From: Candidatus Latescibacterota bacterium
Lineage (GTDB): Bacteria > Latescibacterota > UBA2968 > UBA8231
Direction of reading: 5' to 3'
NCBI GenBank assembly: GCA_965243025.1
Contig: CBDETY010000003.1
Location: 1,632,001 to 1,696,000 of the forward strand
DNA: 64,000 bases
Shown: piece after piece, positions 50,383 through 59,553 of the stretch
Layout: every line of letters begins with the position of its first letter
How positions within the stretch are numbered: the stretch's first letter is position 1
Made by a program: the position numbers and the translations under genes
The notes under the pieces: generated by a model
What the model saw: the letters and a program-made list of their open reading frames with translations, nothing else
Databases searched by the model: none
What the model was told of the DNA's origin: nothing

Positions 50383-50439
50383 GAACTGATTGTAGAACAC
50401 GCAGTTACAACGAAAATCCCCGACTGCTGAAAGCCTTTC

Positions 50440-53190
50440 ATGTCGCTGAATCTGCCGACGAAGTACGACCCGGCCGCCGAAGCGGAATGGTACTCGTTCT
50501 GGGAGCGCGGCAACTATTTCGCCGCCCGTGTCAATCCCGGAAAAAAGCCTTTCTGCGTAACCATTCCGCCCCCGAACGTCACCGGCGAGCTGCACATGGG
50601 TCACGCCATCCAGCACGCCATCCACGACAACGTGGTGCGCCGGCGCCGCATGCAGGGGTACGAGACCCTCTGCCTTCCGGGAACCGACCATGCGGGAATC
50701 GCCACCCAGATGCAGGTGGAAAAGCGGCTCGACGGAGTCACCCGCTACGATCTCGGGCGGGAGCAGCTGCTCGAGCGCATCCGGGCATGGAAGGAGAAGT
50801 ACGGCGACACCATCTACCGGCAGCTGCGCCAGCTCGGCTGCAGCTACGACTGGAGCAGAATCCGCTTCACCCTCGACGACGACTACGTCGAAGCGGTGCT
50901 GCTCGCCTTCGAACGCTTCTACGACAACGGCTGGATATACCGCGGCACGCGCATGATCAACTGGTGCCCCTCCTGCCGCTCGGTGATCTCCGACCTCGAG
51001 ACCGAAGAGCGCCTGCTGCAGGGCAACCTCTGGCATATCCGCTACCCGGGGGCGCCGGGTGCCGAGGGCGTCGTCGTCGCCACCACCAGGCCGGAAACCA
51101 TGCTGGGGGACACCGGGGTCGCCGTCCACCCCGGGGACAGAAGGTGGCAGGCCTCGGTTGGGAGCACGGTTCTGTTGCCGCTGATGGAGCGCGAGATCCC
51201 TATCGTTGCCGATGAGCACGCCGACCCGGAAATGGGAAGCGGTGCCGTAAAGGTCACCCCCGCCCACGATCCCAACGATTACGAAATCGGCAAGAGACAC
51301 GGCCTCCCCGAGATCGCCGTCATCGGCTTCGACGCGGTGATGACCTCCGCGGCCGGCCGCTTCGCCGGGCAGGAGCGCTACGAGTGCCGGCGCAACGTCC
51401 TGTCGGCCCTGGAGTCGGAAGGCTTTCTCGAGGATACGGAGGAGTACGAGCACTCGGTTCCGCATCACGACAAGTGCGGCACCGTCATCGAGCCGCTGCC
51501 GATGGAGCAGTGGTTCATGGACATGAAGGCCCTGGCGGAAAAGACCCGTCCCTTCCTCGAGGGCCGGGAGATCGCCTACGTCCCGGACCGCTTCCGGGAG
51601 TACGCCATCGACTGGCTCGACGACATCCGCGACTGGGCGCTTTCGCGCCAGATCTGGTGGGGCCACCGCATCCCCGCCTGGTACTGCGTTCACTGCAGCG
51701 GCCCCGGAATCACGCCTTCCGGAGACATGCCGCGCGACCGCGCCCTGGCCGAGGGCAGCTTCCAGGTCTCGGTCGAAGCGGGGGCGAAGCCTGTAGTACA
51801 GAGAGAACGGCCGGACCGCTGCGGCCGGTGCGGGGGGAACGAGTTCGTCCAGGATCCGGACGTCCTCGACACCTGGTTTTCCTCGGCCCTCTGGCCGTTC
51901 GCCACCCTGGGGTGGCCGCAGACCGACGAGTCCCTGGACTACTTCTACCCGACCGACCTGATGATCACCGGCAGGGACATCCTCTACCTGTGGGTCCTGC
52001 GCATGGCCTTCACCTCCCTGGAGTTCACCGGACAGGTCCCGTTCAAAACCGTGCTCGTTCACCCCACGGTGATGACGAGGGACGGACGCCGCATGAGCAA
52101 GAGCCTGGGAACGGGGCTCAACCCGATGGATCTCGTCCGTCTGTACGGGGCCGACGCCACGCGCTACTCGCTGCTTCACCAGGCGGGGGCGATGCAGGAC
52201 ATCCGCTTCGACGCCGAAATCGCCGACAACGAGGTGAAGTCCTCGCAAAGCGCGAAGTCGGGACAGGCGTTCTGCAACAAGCTGTGGAACGCTGCGCGTT
52301 TCGTGCTCATGAACCTGGAAGGGTACGAGCCGGTGGATGAACCGAGCCCGAGCGCCGAGCTCGCGGACCGCTGGATCCGCAGCAGCTTGGCCCGGACCAT
52401 CGAACGCGTCGACGAGCACCAGGAGGGGTTCCGCTTCAGCGAGGTAACGCGCGCCCTGTACAGCTTTCTGTGGAACGACTACTGCGACTGGTACCTCGAG
52501 CTGGCCAAGCCCCGCCTGCGGGGTTCCGCTCCGGAACGCGCCATGGCGCAGGAAATCCTCGTCGAGGTGCTCGAACAGTCCCTGCGCCTGATGCACCCTG
52601 TCATGCCCTTCATCACCGAGGCCCTGTGGCAGGCATTGCCCCGGCGGGCATCCGCCGGAGAGGCGGTCATGACCGCGGCCTGGCCGGCTGCCCGAAGCGG
52701 GGACTGCGACGAAGCGGCGATGGAGGAGATGACTTTCGTGCAGGAAGTGGTCTCGGCGATCCGCAACATTCGCGGGGAGCTTCGGGTGCCTCCCGGAAAG
52801 CGGGTCGACGTCAGGCTGTCTGCGGGGCCGGCATCTGCCGAGCTGCTCGAAGGCCGGCTCGGTTACGTCGAGACGCTTGCCCTGACCCGGACCGCAGAGG
52901 TTGGGAGCGGCCTGGAGAAACCTTCGGGGGCTGCAAGCGCCATGGTCCGGGACGTCGAGGTTCAAGTTCCCCTGGAGGAGCTGATCGACGTCGGCGCGGA
53001 ACGCCGGCGCCTGCAAAAGGAGATCGACAAGCTCGGCAGGCTGTTGCAGGGGCTGGACTCCAAGCTGAACCAGTCCGCCTTCCTCGAAAGGGCTCCAGGG
53101 GAGGTGGTGGAACGGGAACGGCAGCGGCAGACCGAGTACCGGGAAAACCTGGCCAGACTCGAGACCAGTCTGGACGACCTGGGATCCTGA
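50440..53190 (+). CDS. valS: Valine--tRNA ligase
   Basis: PPPNVTG.LHMGH, PGTDHAGIATQ, ATTRPET, GAVKVTPAHD, DW.LSRQ.WWGHRIP, DVLDTWFSS, RMSKS, C-terminal coiled coil. Confidence 0.98.
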   Translation: MSLNLPTKYDPAAEAEWYSFWERGNYFAARVNPGKKPFCVTIPPPNVTGELHMGHAIQHAIHDNVVRRRRMQGYETLCLPGTDHAGIATQMQVEKRLDGVTRYDLGREQLLERIRAWKEKYGDTIYRQLRQLGCSYDWSRIRFTLDDDYVEAVLLAFERFYDNGWIYRGTRMINWCPSCRSVISDLETEERLLQGNLWHIRYPGAPGAEGVVVATTRPETMLGDTGVAVHPGDRRWQASVGSTVLLPLMEREIPIVADEHADPEMGSGAVKVTPAHDPNDYEIGKRHGLPEIAVIGFDAVMTSAAGRFAGQERYECRRNVLSALESEGFLEDTEEYEHSVPHHDKCGTVIEPLPMEQWFMDMKALAEKTRPFLEGREIAYVPDRFREYAIDWLDDIRDWALSRQIWWGHRIPAWYCVHCSGPGITPSGDMPRDRALAEGSFQVSVEAGAKPVVQRERPDRCGRCGGNEFVQDPDVLDTWFSSALWPFATLGWPQTDESLDYFYPTDLMITGRDILYLWVLRMAFTSLEFTGQVPFKTVLVHPTVMTRDGRRMSKSLGTGLNPMDLVRLYGADATRYSLLHQAGAMQDIRFDAEIADNEVKSSQSAKSGQAFCNKLWNAARFVLMNLEGYEPVDEPSPSAELADRWIRSSLARTIERVDEHQEGFRFSEVTRALYSFLWNDYCDWYLELAKPRLRGSAPERAMAQEILVEVLEQSLRLMHPVMPFITEALWQALPRRASAGEAVMTAAWPAARSGDCDEAAMEEMTFVQEVVSAIRNIRGELRVPPGKRVDVRLSAGPASAELLEGRLGYVETLALTRTAEVGSGLEKPSGAASAMVRDVEVQVPLEELIDVGAERRRLQKEIDKLGRLLQGLDSKLNQSAFLERAPGEVVERERQRQTEYRENLARLETSLDDLGS

Positions 53191-53327
53191 CGGAGCTTCC
53201 ACCCGGGGCGGGCCGCTCCTGACGCGCCCGGCTGCCGGCGGTCTGGTCCCTGGCAGGCAGGCCGCTTCCGGAAACCCGCAGTCCTCGAGCCGGAGTTGTT
53301 CCGGGCGGAAACGGGAATCGGCACCAA

Positions 53328-55103
53328 TTGTCCTTCGATCTCTTCACAATCCATTCGGTCGCCCTCGAGCTCAACGAGATGTCTGCCGGCGGCAGGATCG
53401 CTCGGGCCGGCTTCTCCCCGGGGCAGGGGAGGGATGCCGGCAAACCGTCCGCAGACAGACCGGCTCTCGCCATAGCCTGCGAACGGGACTCCTACTTGTC
53501 GTTCGAACTCGGCGCGCGGGGATTCGTCAGCCTGCAGTCGGCTGGAATGCCTGCGGTTTTCGCCGTGCACGGAGCCGGCGAGCGCTACCTCCAGGGTGCT
53601 GCTGTCGACTCGGTGCACGCCGACCGGCGGGACCGCGTCCTGCGGATCCGGCTTTCCCGCGACAATCAGCGGGGGGAAAAGACCTACGGCCAGCTGCTCA
53701 TCGAACTGATCCCCCCGCGCGTCCAGGCGGTCCTGGTCGCGGAGCGGTCGCAGTCGATCAAGGGAATCTGGCCAAGCCCTGACGGAACGGGTCAGGGACG
53801 CCGGCTGCGGCAGGGCGGGACGTACTCGCCCCCGGGGAAACCCAGGCTGCTGCCGGGAACGGACTGCATTGACCTATTCCCGGCTGCCCTCGCCGAAGAG
53901 CTGCGGAGACAGGAGGGCAACCTGCCGCTGGCCCTGCAGCGGACGATCGCCGGAGCGGATCGAGGGGTGGCTGCGGAACTGCTGTTCCGGGCAGGGTTCG
54001 CACTGCCCGGGGTGGAAACGGACCGCCCGCGGGGGACCGTCGACGACGCCCTTGTCCGGCGGCTCTGGAGCGTCGGGGCCGGGATGTTCGCCGAGAGTCC
54101 GGATGGGAAGGGCGGTTTCCTGTTCACCGAGGGTGGAAGGCTGATGGTTTCCTCCCTGTGTCCGCGGCGACCGGTCGAGGATCTTCGCCGTTTCGATTCA
54201 ATACTGTCAGCCCTTGCGGAATGGCGCGAGAACCGGGAGCGGACCGAGGAGCGAAAGGCCGGCTTCAGGCGCGCCCGTCATGCCCTTGCCAGCGAACTGC
54301 GCCAGGCGGCGCGCTCCCGGGAAGCGGTGGAGCGGGATCTCGACGAAGCGGCCGAAGCTCCTTCCCTGCTGCAACGGGGAAGCCTCCTGCTCGCCCACCT
54401 CAAGGAGGTGAAGCCCGGGACGGCTCGCGTGGAATTGCCCAATTCCTTTGCAGGGGCGGAGGCCGATCGCCTCGCCATCGAGCTCGACCTGCGTTTCTCC
54501 CCTGCGGAAAACGCGGCGCGGCTTCTCAAGCGGGCGCGCAAGCTCCAGAAGCGCCTGCAGGTGCTGCCGGAACGTCTGAGCCGGGTGCGGCGGCAGGAGC
54601 AGACCCTGCGACGGATGCTGGGCGGATTGGAGACCGGTGCAGGCGAACTTCCGGAGGATGTGAGGAAATGGATGGAACATCGCGAGCCCGAACAGAGACC
54701 GAAGAAGGGGGATGCTGCAAAAGCCCACCCGCGTCGCTACCGCACCAGCAGCGGCTGGACGGTGTGGGTCGGGCGCAACCAGCGCGAAAACGACCAGCTG
54801 ACCCACCGCATGGCTTCGCAGGAAGACCTCTGGTTTCACGCCAGCGGGTACCCGGGCTCTCACGTGGTGCTGCGCCGGGAGGGGCGCAAGGAAGAGCCCG
54901 GGGCCCGGAACATCGAAGAAGCGGCGGCTCTTGCCGCCTACTGGAGCAAGGGCCGCTCCGCTCGCAAGGTGCCGGTCGTGTATACCCGGGTGAAGCATGT
55001 ATCGAAACCCCGGGGGGGCGCCCCGGGGCTCGCAGTGCTGAGGCGGGAGAAGACGGTGATAGTCGCGCCCCTGCTGCTTGCGACCGAGGACGAGGCGGGG
55101 TGA
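53328..55103 (+). CDS. rqcH: Ribosome quality control factor RqcH/Rqc2 (NFACT/FbpA family)
   Basis: MSFD......V..EL, DR..R, L.IELI, I.LD...SP.ENA....KR.RK; NFACT-R motifs VGRN..END.LT, DLWFHA..YPGSHV, AA.LAAY.SK.R, V.V.YT..K.V.KP. Confidence 0.88.
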   Translation: MSFDLFTIHSVALELNEMSAGGRIARAGFSPGQGRDAGKPSADRPALAIACERDSYLSFELGARGFVSLQSAGMPAVFAVHGAGERYLQGAAVDSVHADRRDRVLRIRLSRDNQRGEKTYGQLLIELIPPRVQAVLVAERSQSIKGIWPSPDGTGQGRRLRQGGTYSPPGKPRLLPGTDCIDLFPAALAEELRRQEGNLPLALQRTIAGADRGVAAELLFRAGFALPGVETDRPRGTVDDALVRRLWSVGAGMFAESPDGKGGFLFTEGGRLMVSSLCPRRPVEDLRRFDSILSALAEWRENRERTEERKAGFRRARHALASELRQAARSREAVERDLDEAAEAPSLLQRGSLLLAHLKEVKPGTARVELPNSFAGAEADRLAIELDLRFSPAENAARLLKRARKLQKRLQVLPERLSRVRRQEQTLRRMLGGLETGAGELPEDVRKWMEHREPEQRPKKGDAAKAHPRRYRTSSGWTVWVGRNQRENDQLTHRMASQEDLWFHASGYPGSHVVLRREGRKEEPGARNIEEAAALAAYWSKGRSARKVPVVYTRVKHVSKPRGGAPGLAVLRREKTVIVAPLLLATEDEAG

Positions 55104-56197
55104 ACCTCACCACCGGCATCGTCGGCCTGCCGAACGCCGGCAAGACGACCCTGTTCAACGCTTTGACTTCGGCATCGGCCGAGGCTTCGAGCTACCCCTT
55201 CTGCACCATCGACCCCAACGTCGGCGTGGTCGAAGTGCCGGACGGACGGCTCCGGATCCTCGATGAGCTGTTGAACCCTGCCAGTTGCACCCCGGCGAGC
55301 ATCAGGTTCACCGACATCGCCGGCCTGGTGCGGGGCGCCAGCAAGGGTGAGGGAAGGGGAAACCAGTTCCTCGCCGACGTACGCGACACCGACGCCCTGA
55401 TTCACGTGGTCCGCTGTTTCGAGGATCCCACGGTTTCCCACGTCGAGGAAGTCCTGAACCCGGTGCGGGATGTCGACACCATCGAGAGCGAGCTCATGCT
55501 CGCCGATCTCCAGTCGGTCGAGGAAGCCATGCCTCATCTCGAAAGGGTGGTTGCCACCGACCCGCGCAGCCCGCGCCGGTCCGAGCTCGAGGCCCTCCGG
55601 AAGATCGGTTCGGGCCTGCTCGAGGGTGTTTCCGTCCACGCCAACGGCGAGGTCACGCCCGGCGACCTGCAGGCAGTGCGCAGCTACAACCTGCTCTCGG
55701 CCAAGCCGGTGCTCTATGTCGCCAACATCGGGGAAACCCCGGATCAGGAGGACCCCGGGCTCGATCAGCTCCGGGGCAGGGTGGGGGAGGACCGGGTGCT
55801 GCCTGTCTGCGCCCAGCTGGAAGCGGAGGTGGCGCAGTTGGAGGAAGGGGAAGAGAAGGGGGAACTCCTGGCCGAGCTGGGACTGGAGTCCAGTGGGATC
55901 GACCGCCTGGTGAGGGCCGCCTACCGGCTGTTGCGTCTGATCGCCTTTTACACGGTCGCCAACGAGAAGTTGCAGGCATGGCCGCTCCCCTCCGGAAGCA
56001 CGGCCTCGGCGGCGGCCGGCAGAATCCACAGCGACATGGAGGAGGGCTTCATCCGCGCCGAGGTCACAACAGTCGAGGACCTGGCCGCTGCCGGAGGGGA
56101 GCTGCAGCGGCTCCGGCAGCAGGGGAAGCTGCGTACCGAAGGCCGGGATTACGTTGTCCGCGACGGGGACGTCGTGCAGTTCCTGTTCCGGGGCTGA
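55100..56197 (+). CDS. ychF: Redox-regulated ribosome-binding ATPase YchF
   Basis: GIVGLPNAGKTTLFNALT, YPFCTIDPN, DIAGLVRGASKGEG.GNQFL, AAG.IHSD...GFIRAE, EG.DYVV.DGD. GTG 55100 overlaps the rqcH stop. Confidence 0.96.
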   Translation: MNLTTGIVGLPNAGKTTLFNALTSASAEASSYPFCTIDPNVGVVEVPDGRLRILDELLNPASCTPASIRFTDIAGLVRGASKGEGRGNQFLADVRDTDALIHVVRCFEDPTVSHVEEVLNPVRDVDTIESELMLADLQSVEEAMPHLERVVATDPRSPRRSELEALRKIGSGLLEGVSVHANGEVTPGDLQAVRSYNLLSAKPVLYVANIGETPDQEDPGLDQLRGRVGEDRVLPVCAQLEAEVAQLEEGEEKGELLAELGLESSGIDRLVRAAYRLLRLIAFYTVANEKLQAWPLPSGSTASAAAGRIHSDMEEGFIRAEVTTVEDLAAAGGELQRLRQQGKLRTEGRDYVVRDGDVVQFLFRG

Positions 56198-56313
56198 TGG
56201 CCGGGTTCTTCCGACCGCGGCTTCAGCACACAGCTACCCGTGGTTTTAAGCCGAAGAGGCCGCCTCCAGCTGAATCGCAGCCACCCGGAAACCGGGGCGA
56301 ATCCCGCTTCCGC

Positions 56314-56342
56314 TTGACGTCCCTGCCGCGCCCGGCTAGCTT
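56314..56342 (+). promoter_or_regulatory. sigma70-type promoter
   Basis: TTGACG-N17-TAGCTT upstream of the 56397 gene. Confidence 0.55.
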
Positions 56343-56396
56343 CACTTTCTTTCCTGATGCTGCAAGCCATTCCCCAACAGTAAATTAAGCTCACCC

Positions 56397-57413
56397 ATGC
56401 GCGGATCCATCGCAGTCCTTGCCGCCCTGGTTAAGGCTGGGGTTTCCCTGTGCCTGTTGACCCTGCTTTTGTGGCTGGTAGCGAGCCCGGAAGAGCTTTC
56501 TGACAATCTGCTCGCAGCGGATCCCCTGTATCTGCTCCTTGCCCTCGCAGGAAGCCTCGCCGGGGTGGCGATCCAGTGGCGTAAATGGCATGAGCTTCTC
56601 CTGTCGATCCGGCCCGCGACCCGGGCTGGTGAAAGCCTGCGCTCCCTGCTCGTGGGCTTCTCCCTGGGAATGGTATCGCCGGGAAGGGTGGGGGAGCTGG
56701 GCCGGGGGGCCTTGTTCGAGGGGAGCAGGGTCGAGGCCATGACCATGGCCGGTCTCGACCGGGCCCTTTCCGCGGGGATCACCATCTCCGCAGCGGTAAT
56801 CGGGCTGGCCTTCATCGACTTGACCTTGGCCCTGGCCGGTGGAGTTGCCATGGCCGCGGCCGGAGGGCTCCTTTTCCGCCATGGTGGAGCGTTGCCGGCC
56901 GGTCTGCAGAAACGGGGTTTGGCAAAGCCCTGGAATGCAGCTGCCGCCAGGCTGTCGAAGGCACTCCGCTCCATCTCCAGGGCCCTGTTGCTGCGGGTTC
57001 TGCTCTGGTCGTTCCTGTTCAACCTGGTTTTCTTCGCCCAGTTCTACCTCCTGGCCCTGAGCTGGACCGAACTGCCCCCAAGGGGAATCGCCGCCATTCC
57101 GGTTGTATTCGGCTTGAAAACCCTCGCCCCGGTCGGACTTCTCGATCTCGGGCCCCGCGAAGCAGCCTCGGCTTTTGTCTTCTCCGGAATCGGCCTCGAT
57201 CCGGTTCCGGCCGTCAACGCCGCCCTCCTGCTGTGGCTGCTCAACCTCGCCCTGCCCGCGATCGCAGGCGGAGTCTGGGTATCGGTAGAGGCGGCCAGGA
57301 AGCTGTTCGAACGGCCCCGGGCCGACTCCGTCCCTCCTGCCGGCGAGTTTTCGCCTGTTTGCGGTCGAAGCGCCCGGTTTGCCGGCAAACTCGAGGGGAC
57401 CGCGGGCGGATGA
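56397..57413 (+). CDS. Lysylphosphatidylglycerol synthase TM-domain (flippase-like, UPF0104) protein
   Basis: Multi-TM; RKW..LL, G.....PGRVGELGR, DR, P....LG.RE motifs. Confidence 0.78.
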   Translation: MRGSIAVLAALVKAGVSLCLLTLLLWLVASPEELSDNLLAADPLYLLLALAGSLAGVAIQWRKWHELLLSIRPATRAGESLRSLLVGFSLGMVSPGRVGELGRGALFEGSRVEAMTMAGLDRALSAGITISAAVIGLAFIDLTLALAGGVAMAAAGGLLFRHGGALPAGLQKRGLAKPWNAAAARLSKALRSISRALLLRVLLWSFLFNLVFFAQFYLLALSWTELPPRGIAAIPVVFGLKTLAPVGLLDLGPREAASAFVFSGIGLDPVPAVNAALLLWLLNLALPAIAGGVWVSVEAARKLFERPRADSVPPAGEFSPVCGRSARFAGKLEGTAGG

Positions 57414-58078
57414 CGGAAACCCGGCTGCGCCAGGAAATCTGCGAGGTGGGGAGGCGGATCTACAATCTCGGCTTCGTGGCCGGGAACGACGGCAACATCT
57501 CCGCACGGCTCGAGGAGGATCGACTGCTGTGCACGCCGACCGGGGTCAGCAAGGGGTTCCTCGCTCCGGACATGCTCGTCGTCTGCGATCTCGACGGCAA
57601 CCGGATCGACGGGGACCGGGAAGTCACCACGGAGATCCTCATGCACACCGAGTCGTACAGGTTGAGGCCGGAAACCGGCGGAATCGTGCACGCCCATCCC
57701 CCTACCGCCACGGGGTTCGCCGTGGCCGGCATCGATTTGAAGGAATGCATCCTGCCTGAAGTGGTCGTCCACCTCGGGGGAATCCCCCTTGCTCCCTACG
57801 GAACCCCGGGGGGGCCGGAGATAGTCGAGCCGATGGTGCCGCTGCTGCGCCAGAACTACGACGCCGTGCTGCTGGCCAATCACGGGGCAGTGACCCTGGG
57901 AGCCGATGCAATGGATGCGCACTTCAAGATGGAGACCGTCGAGTTGTGCGCCCGCATCGCCCTCGTTGCCCGCCAACTGGGACGCACCAACACCCTCGAC
58001 GACGACCAGGTTCAGGCTCTGGGCGACCGCTACGGGTCCGGGGACAAACCGCGGGGAGAATTGCCGGCGGATTCCTGA
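57410..58078 (+). CDS. Class II aldolase/adducin family protein (FucA-like)
   Basis: GNDGNISAR, TPTG.SKG, E..MH...Y, VHAHPP, Y.TPG..E, LLANHG. Confidence 0.9.
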   Translation: MTETRLRQEICEVGRRIYNLGFVAGNDGNISARLEEDRLLCTPTGVSKGFLAPDMLVVCDLDGNRIDGDREVTTEILMHTESYRLRPETGGIVHAHPPTATGFAVAGIDLKECILPEVVVHLGGIPLAPYGTPGGPEIVEPMVPLLRQNYDAVLLANHGAVTLGADAMDAHFKMETVELCARIALVARQLGRTNTLDDDQVQALGDRYGSGDKPRGELPADS

Positions 58079-58082
58079 AGCC

Positions 58083-59165
58083 ATGTCCATTCCCATTCTG
58101 AAAGCGACGATGTCGAGGCTCGCGAACCTCCTTGCGCTTGCGGCCGTCCTGTTCAACATCGGCCCTGTACCCGGGTCTGGAGCTCAGACTGCTGCGGCAC
58201 CTGACACCCAGGCAACCGAACTGCCGCCGATGGTACGGCTGGTTCAGGAAGCGGAGTTACTCGCCGGACGGGGTCAGCTCAAGCCCGCCATCGACCGCTA
58301 CGAAGAGGCGTTGAAACTGGGGGCGGGAAGCGCCGAAGTGCTCAACCGGCTCGGAACGCTCTACCTGGCCGATGGAAAAGTTGCCGAGTCGGTCGCCGCC
58401 TTCAAGCGCTCCATGGCGGAAAGACCGGGCCAACTCCAGGTCTATTCGGCCCTCGGGGAGGCGTTCCTCGCCGCCGGACAGCTCGATTCCGCCATAGCCG
58501 TCATCGAGGCGGCCCGCCGCCTGGCTCCCCAGGTGTCGGTCATTCAGAGTTCTCTAGGTTTTCTCTACATGCAGGCCGGCAACCGGTCCAGGGCCAAGAC
58601 CCACCTCGACTCCGCCCTGCTTCTCGACGAACGCAATCCCGAAGCTCACCGCTACCTCGGGTTCCACTACACCCGCGTAGATTCCCTGGAAAGGGCCATC
58701 CCCCATTACGAAACCGTAACGGAGCTGCTGCCGCGGGACGTCGAGGCCTACAACAACCTCGGCTTCCTGCACTCGCAACAGGGGCGCTACTCCCAGGCCC
58801 TCTCCTACTACAAGCGCGCCAAGGAGTTGTCGCCGGATCCGGACGTGATGCATGCGATAAACCTCAACATGGAGGCTCTGCGCGCGATCATGGCGGGGAA
58901 GCTGCGGGCGCGCATGATCCTGGTCGATTCCGAGGAGCAAGGCCGCGACCTCCTCAGGCGGGTCGAGGCAGGGGAGGACTTCGCCCAGCTCGCCATCAAG
59001 TTCTCGAAGGCCCCGAACGCGCGCGACGGCGGGGATCTCGGGTTCTTCGGTCCCGGGGATATGCTGGAGGCAGTAGAGGAGGCGGTGCTGAAATTGCAGG
59101 TCAGTGAGGTGAGCGGGATAATCCGCATTCCCCAGGGGGTGATGCTCCTGCAGCGGCTGAACTGA
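58083..59165 (+). CDS. Exported TPR protein with C-terminal parvulin (PpiC-type) domain
   Basis: Signal-like N-terminus; multiple TPRs (e.g. AYNNLGFL...G.Y..AL.YY..A); GEDFAQLA..FS, GGDLGFF..G.M. Confidence 0.85.
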   Translation: MSIPILKATMSRLANLLALAAVLFNIGPVPGSGAQTAAAPDTQATELPPMVRLVQEAELLAGRGQLKPAIDRYEEALKLGAGSAEVLNRLGTLYLADGKVAESVAAFKRSMAERPGQLQVYSALGEAFLAAGQLDSAIAVIEAARRLAPQVSVIQSSLGFLYMQAGNRSRAKTHLDSALLLDERNPEAHRYLGFHYTRVDSLERAIPHYETVTELLPRDVEAYNNLGFLHSQQGRYSQALSYYKRAKELSPDPDVMHAINLNMEALRAIMAGKLRARMILVDSEEQGRDLLRRVEAGEDFAQLAIKFSKAPNARDGGDLGFFGPGDMLEAVEEAVLKLQVSEVSGIIRIPQGVMLLQRLN

Positions 59166-59169
59166 AGAA

Positions 59170-59237
59170 CGGCCGGAAGCAGTAAACTGCTTCCGGCCGC
59201 AAGGGAGGGTGCGGGCCCAGACCGGGAGGGCCCGCAC
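59170..59237. other. Tandem perfect hairpins downstream of the TPR-parvulin gene (terminator or structured element)
   Basis: CGGCCGGAAGCAG-TAAA-CTGCTTCCGGCCG (13 bp stem) and GTGCGGGCCC-N9-GGGCCCGCAC (10 bp stem). Confidence 0.6.
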
Positions 59238-59553
59238 TGTGTATGACGCTCCCCGGGCGGGGGAGTTCCGCTTTTTGTTCCCGAACAGCAAAAAAACCCG
59301 GCCTTCCTTTCCTCTTTGAGGGACACAAAAAATGATGGGAGTATTTCTTGTTGTTCTCCAAATAGATGCAATCAATATTTGATATGACTCCCTAGATCAG
59401 CGTCACAGACAGTGCAGACTTGAGACCATCCGCGTCAGCAGGGCCGGTCAGAGCCGGACATCGGGACCAGGGACAGAACCGGCCGCAAGGACCGTTTGGA
59501 CGCCTCGCGGTCCTGAAAGCCCACGACCGCCGGCGAGCCGTGCGGGCATTCGC

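Noticed and set aside
50229-50439. T-box leader for valS (and likewise for cysS)
   Set aside because: No T-box motif (AGGGTGGNACCGCG-like) or antiterminator, and the predicted valS leader is too short.
50317-53202. Long antisense or alternate-frame ORFs (961 aa here; also 3666-5138, 7203-8672, 8785-10986, 37358-38737, 61461-62975, 62866-63954)
   Set aside because: Shadow ORFs of well-supported genes, expected from GC-rich codon bias; no recognisable motifs.
54158-55099. Apparent 314-aa N-terminal extension of YchF in the ORF track
   Set aside because: It overlaps rqcH in another frame and has low-information composition. The real start is GTG 55100.
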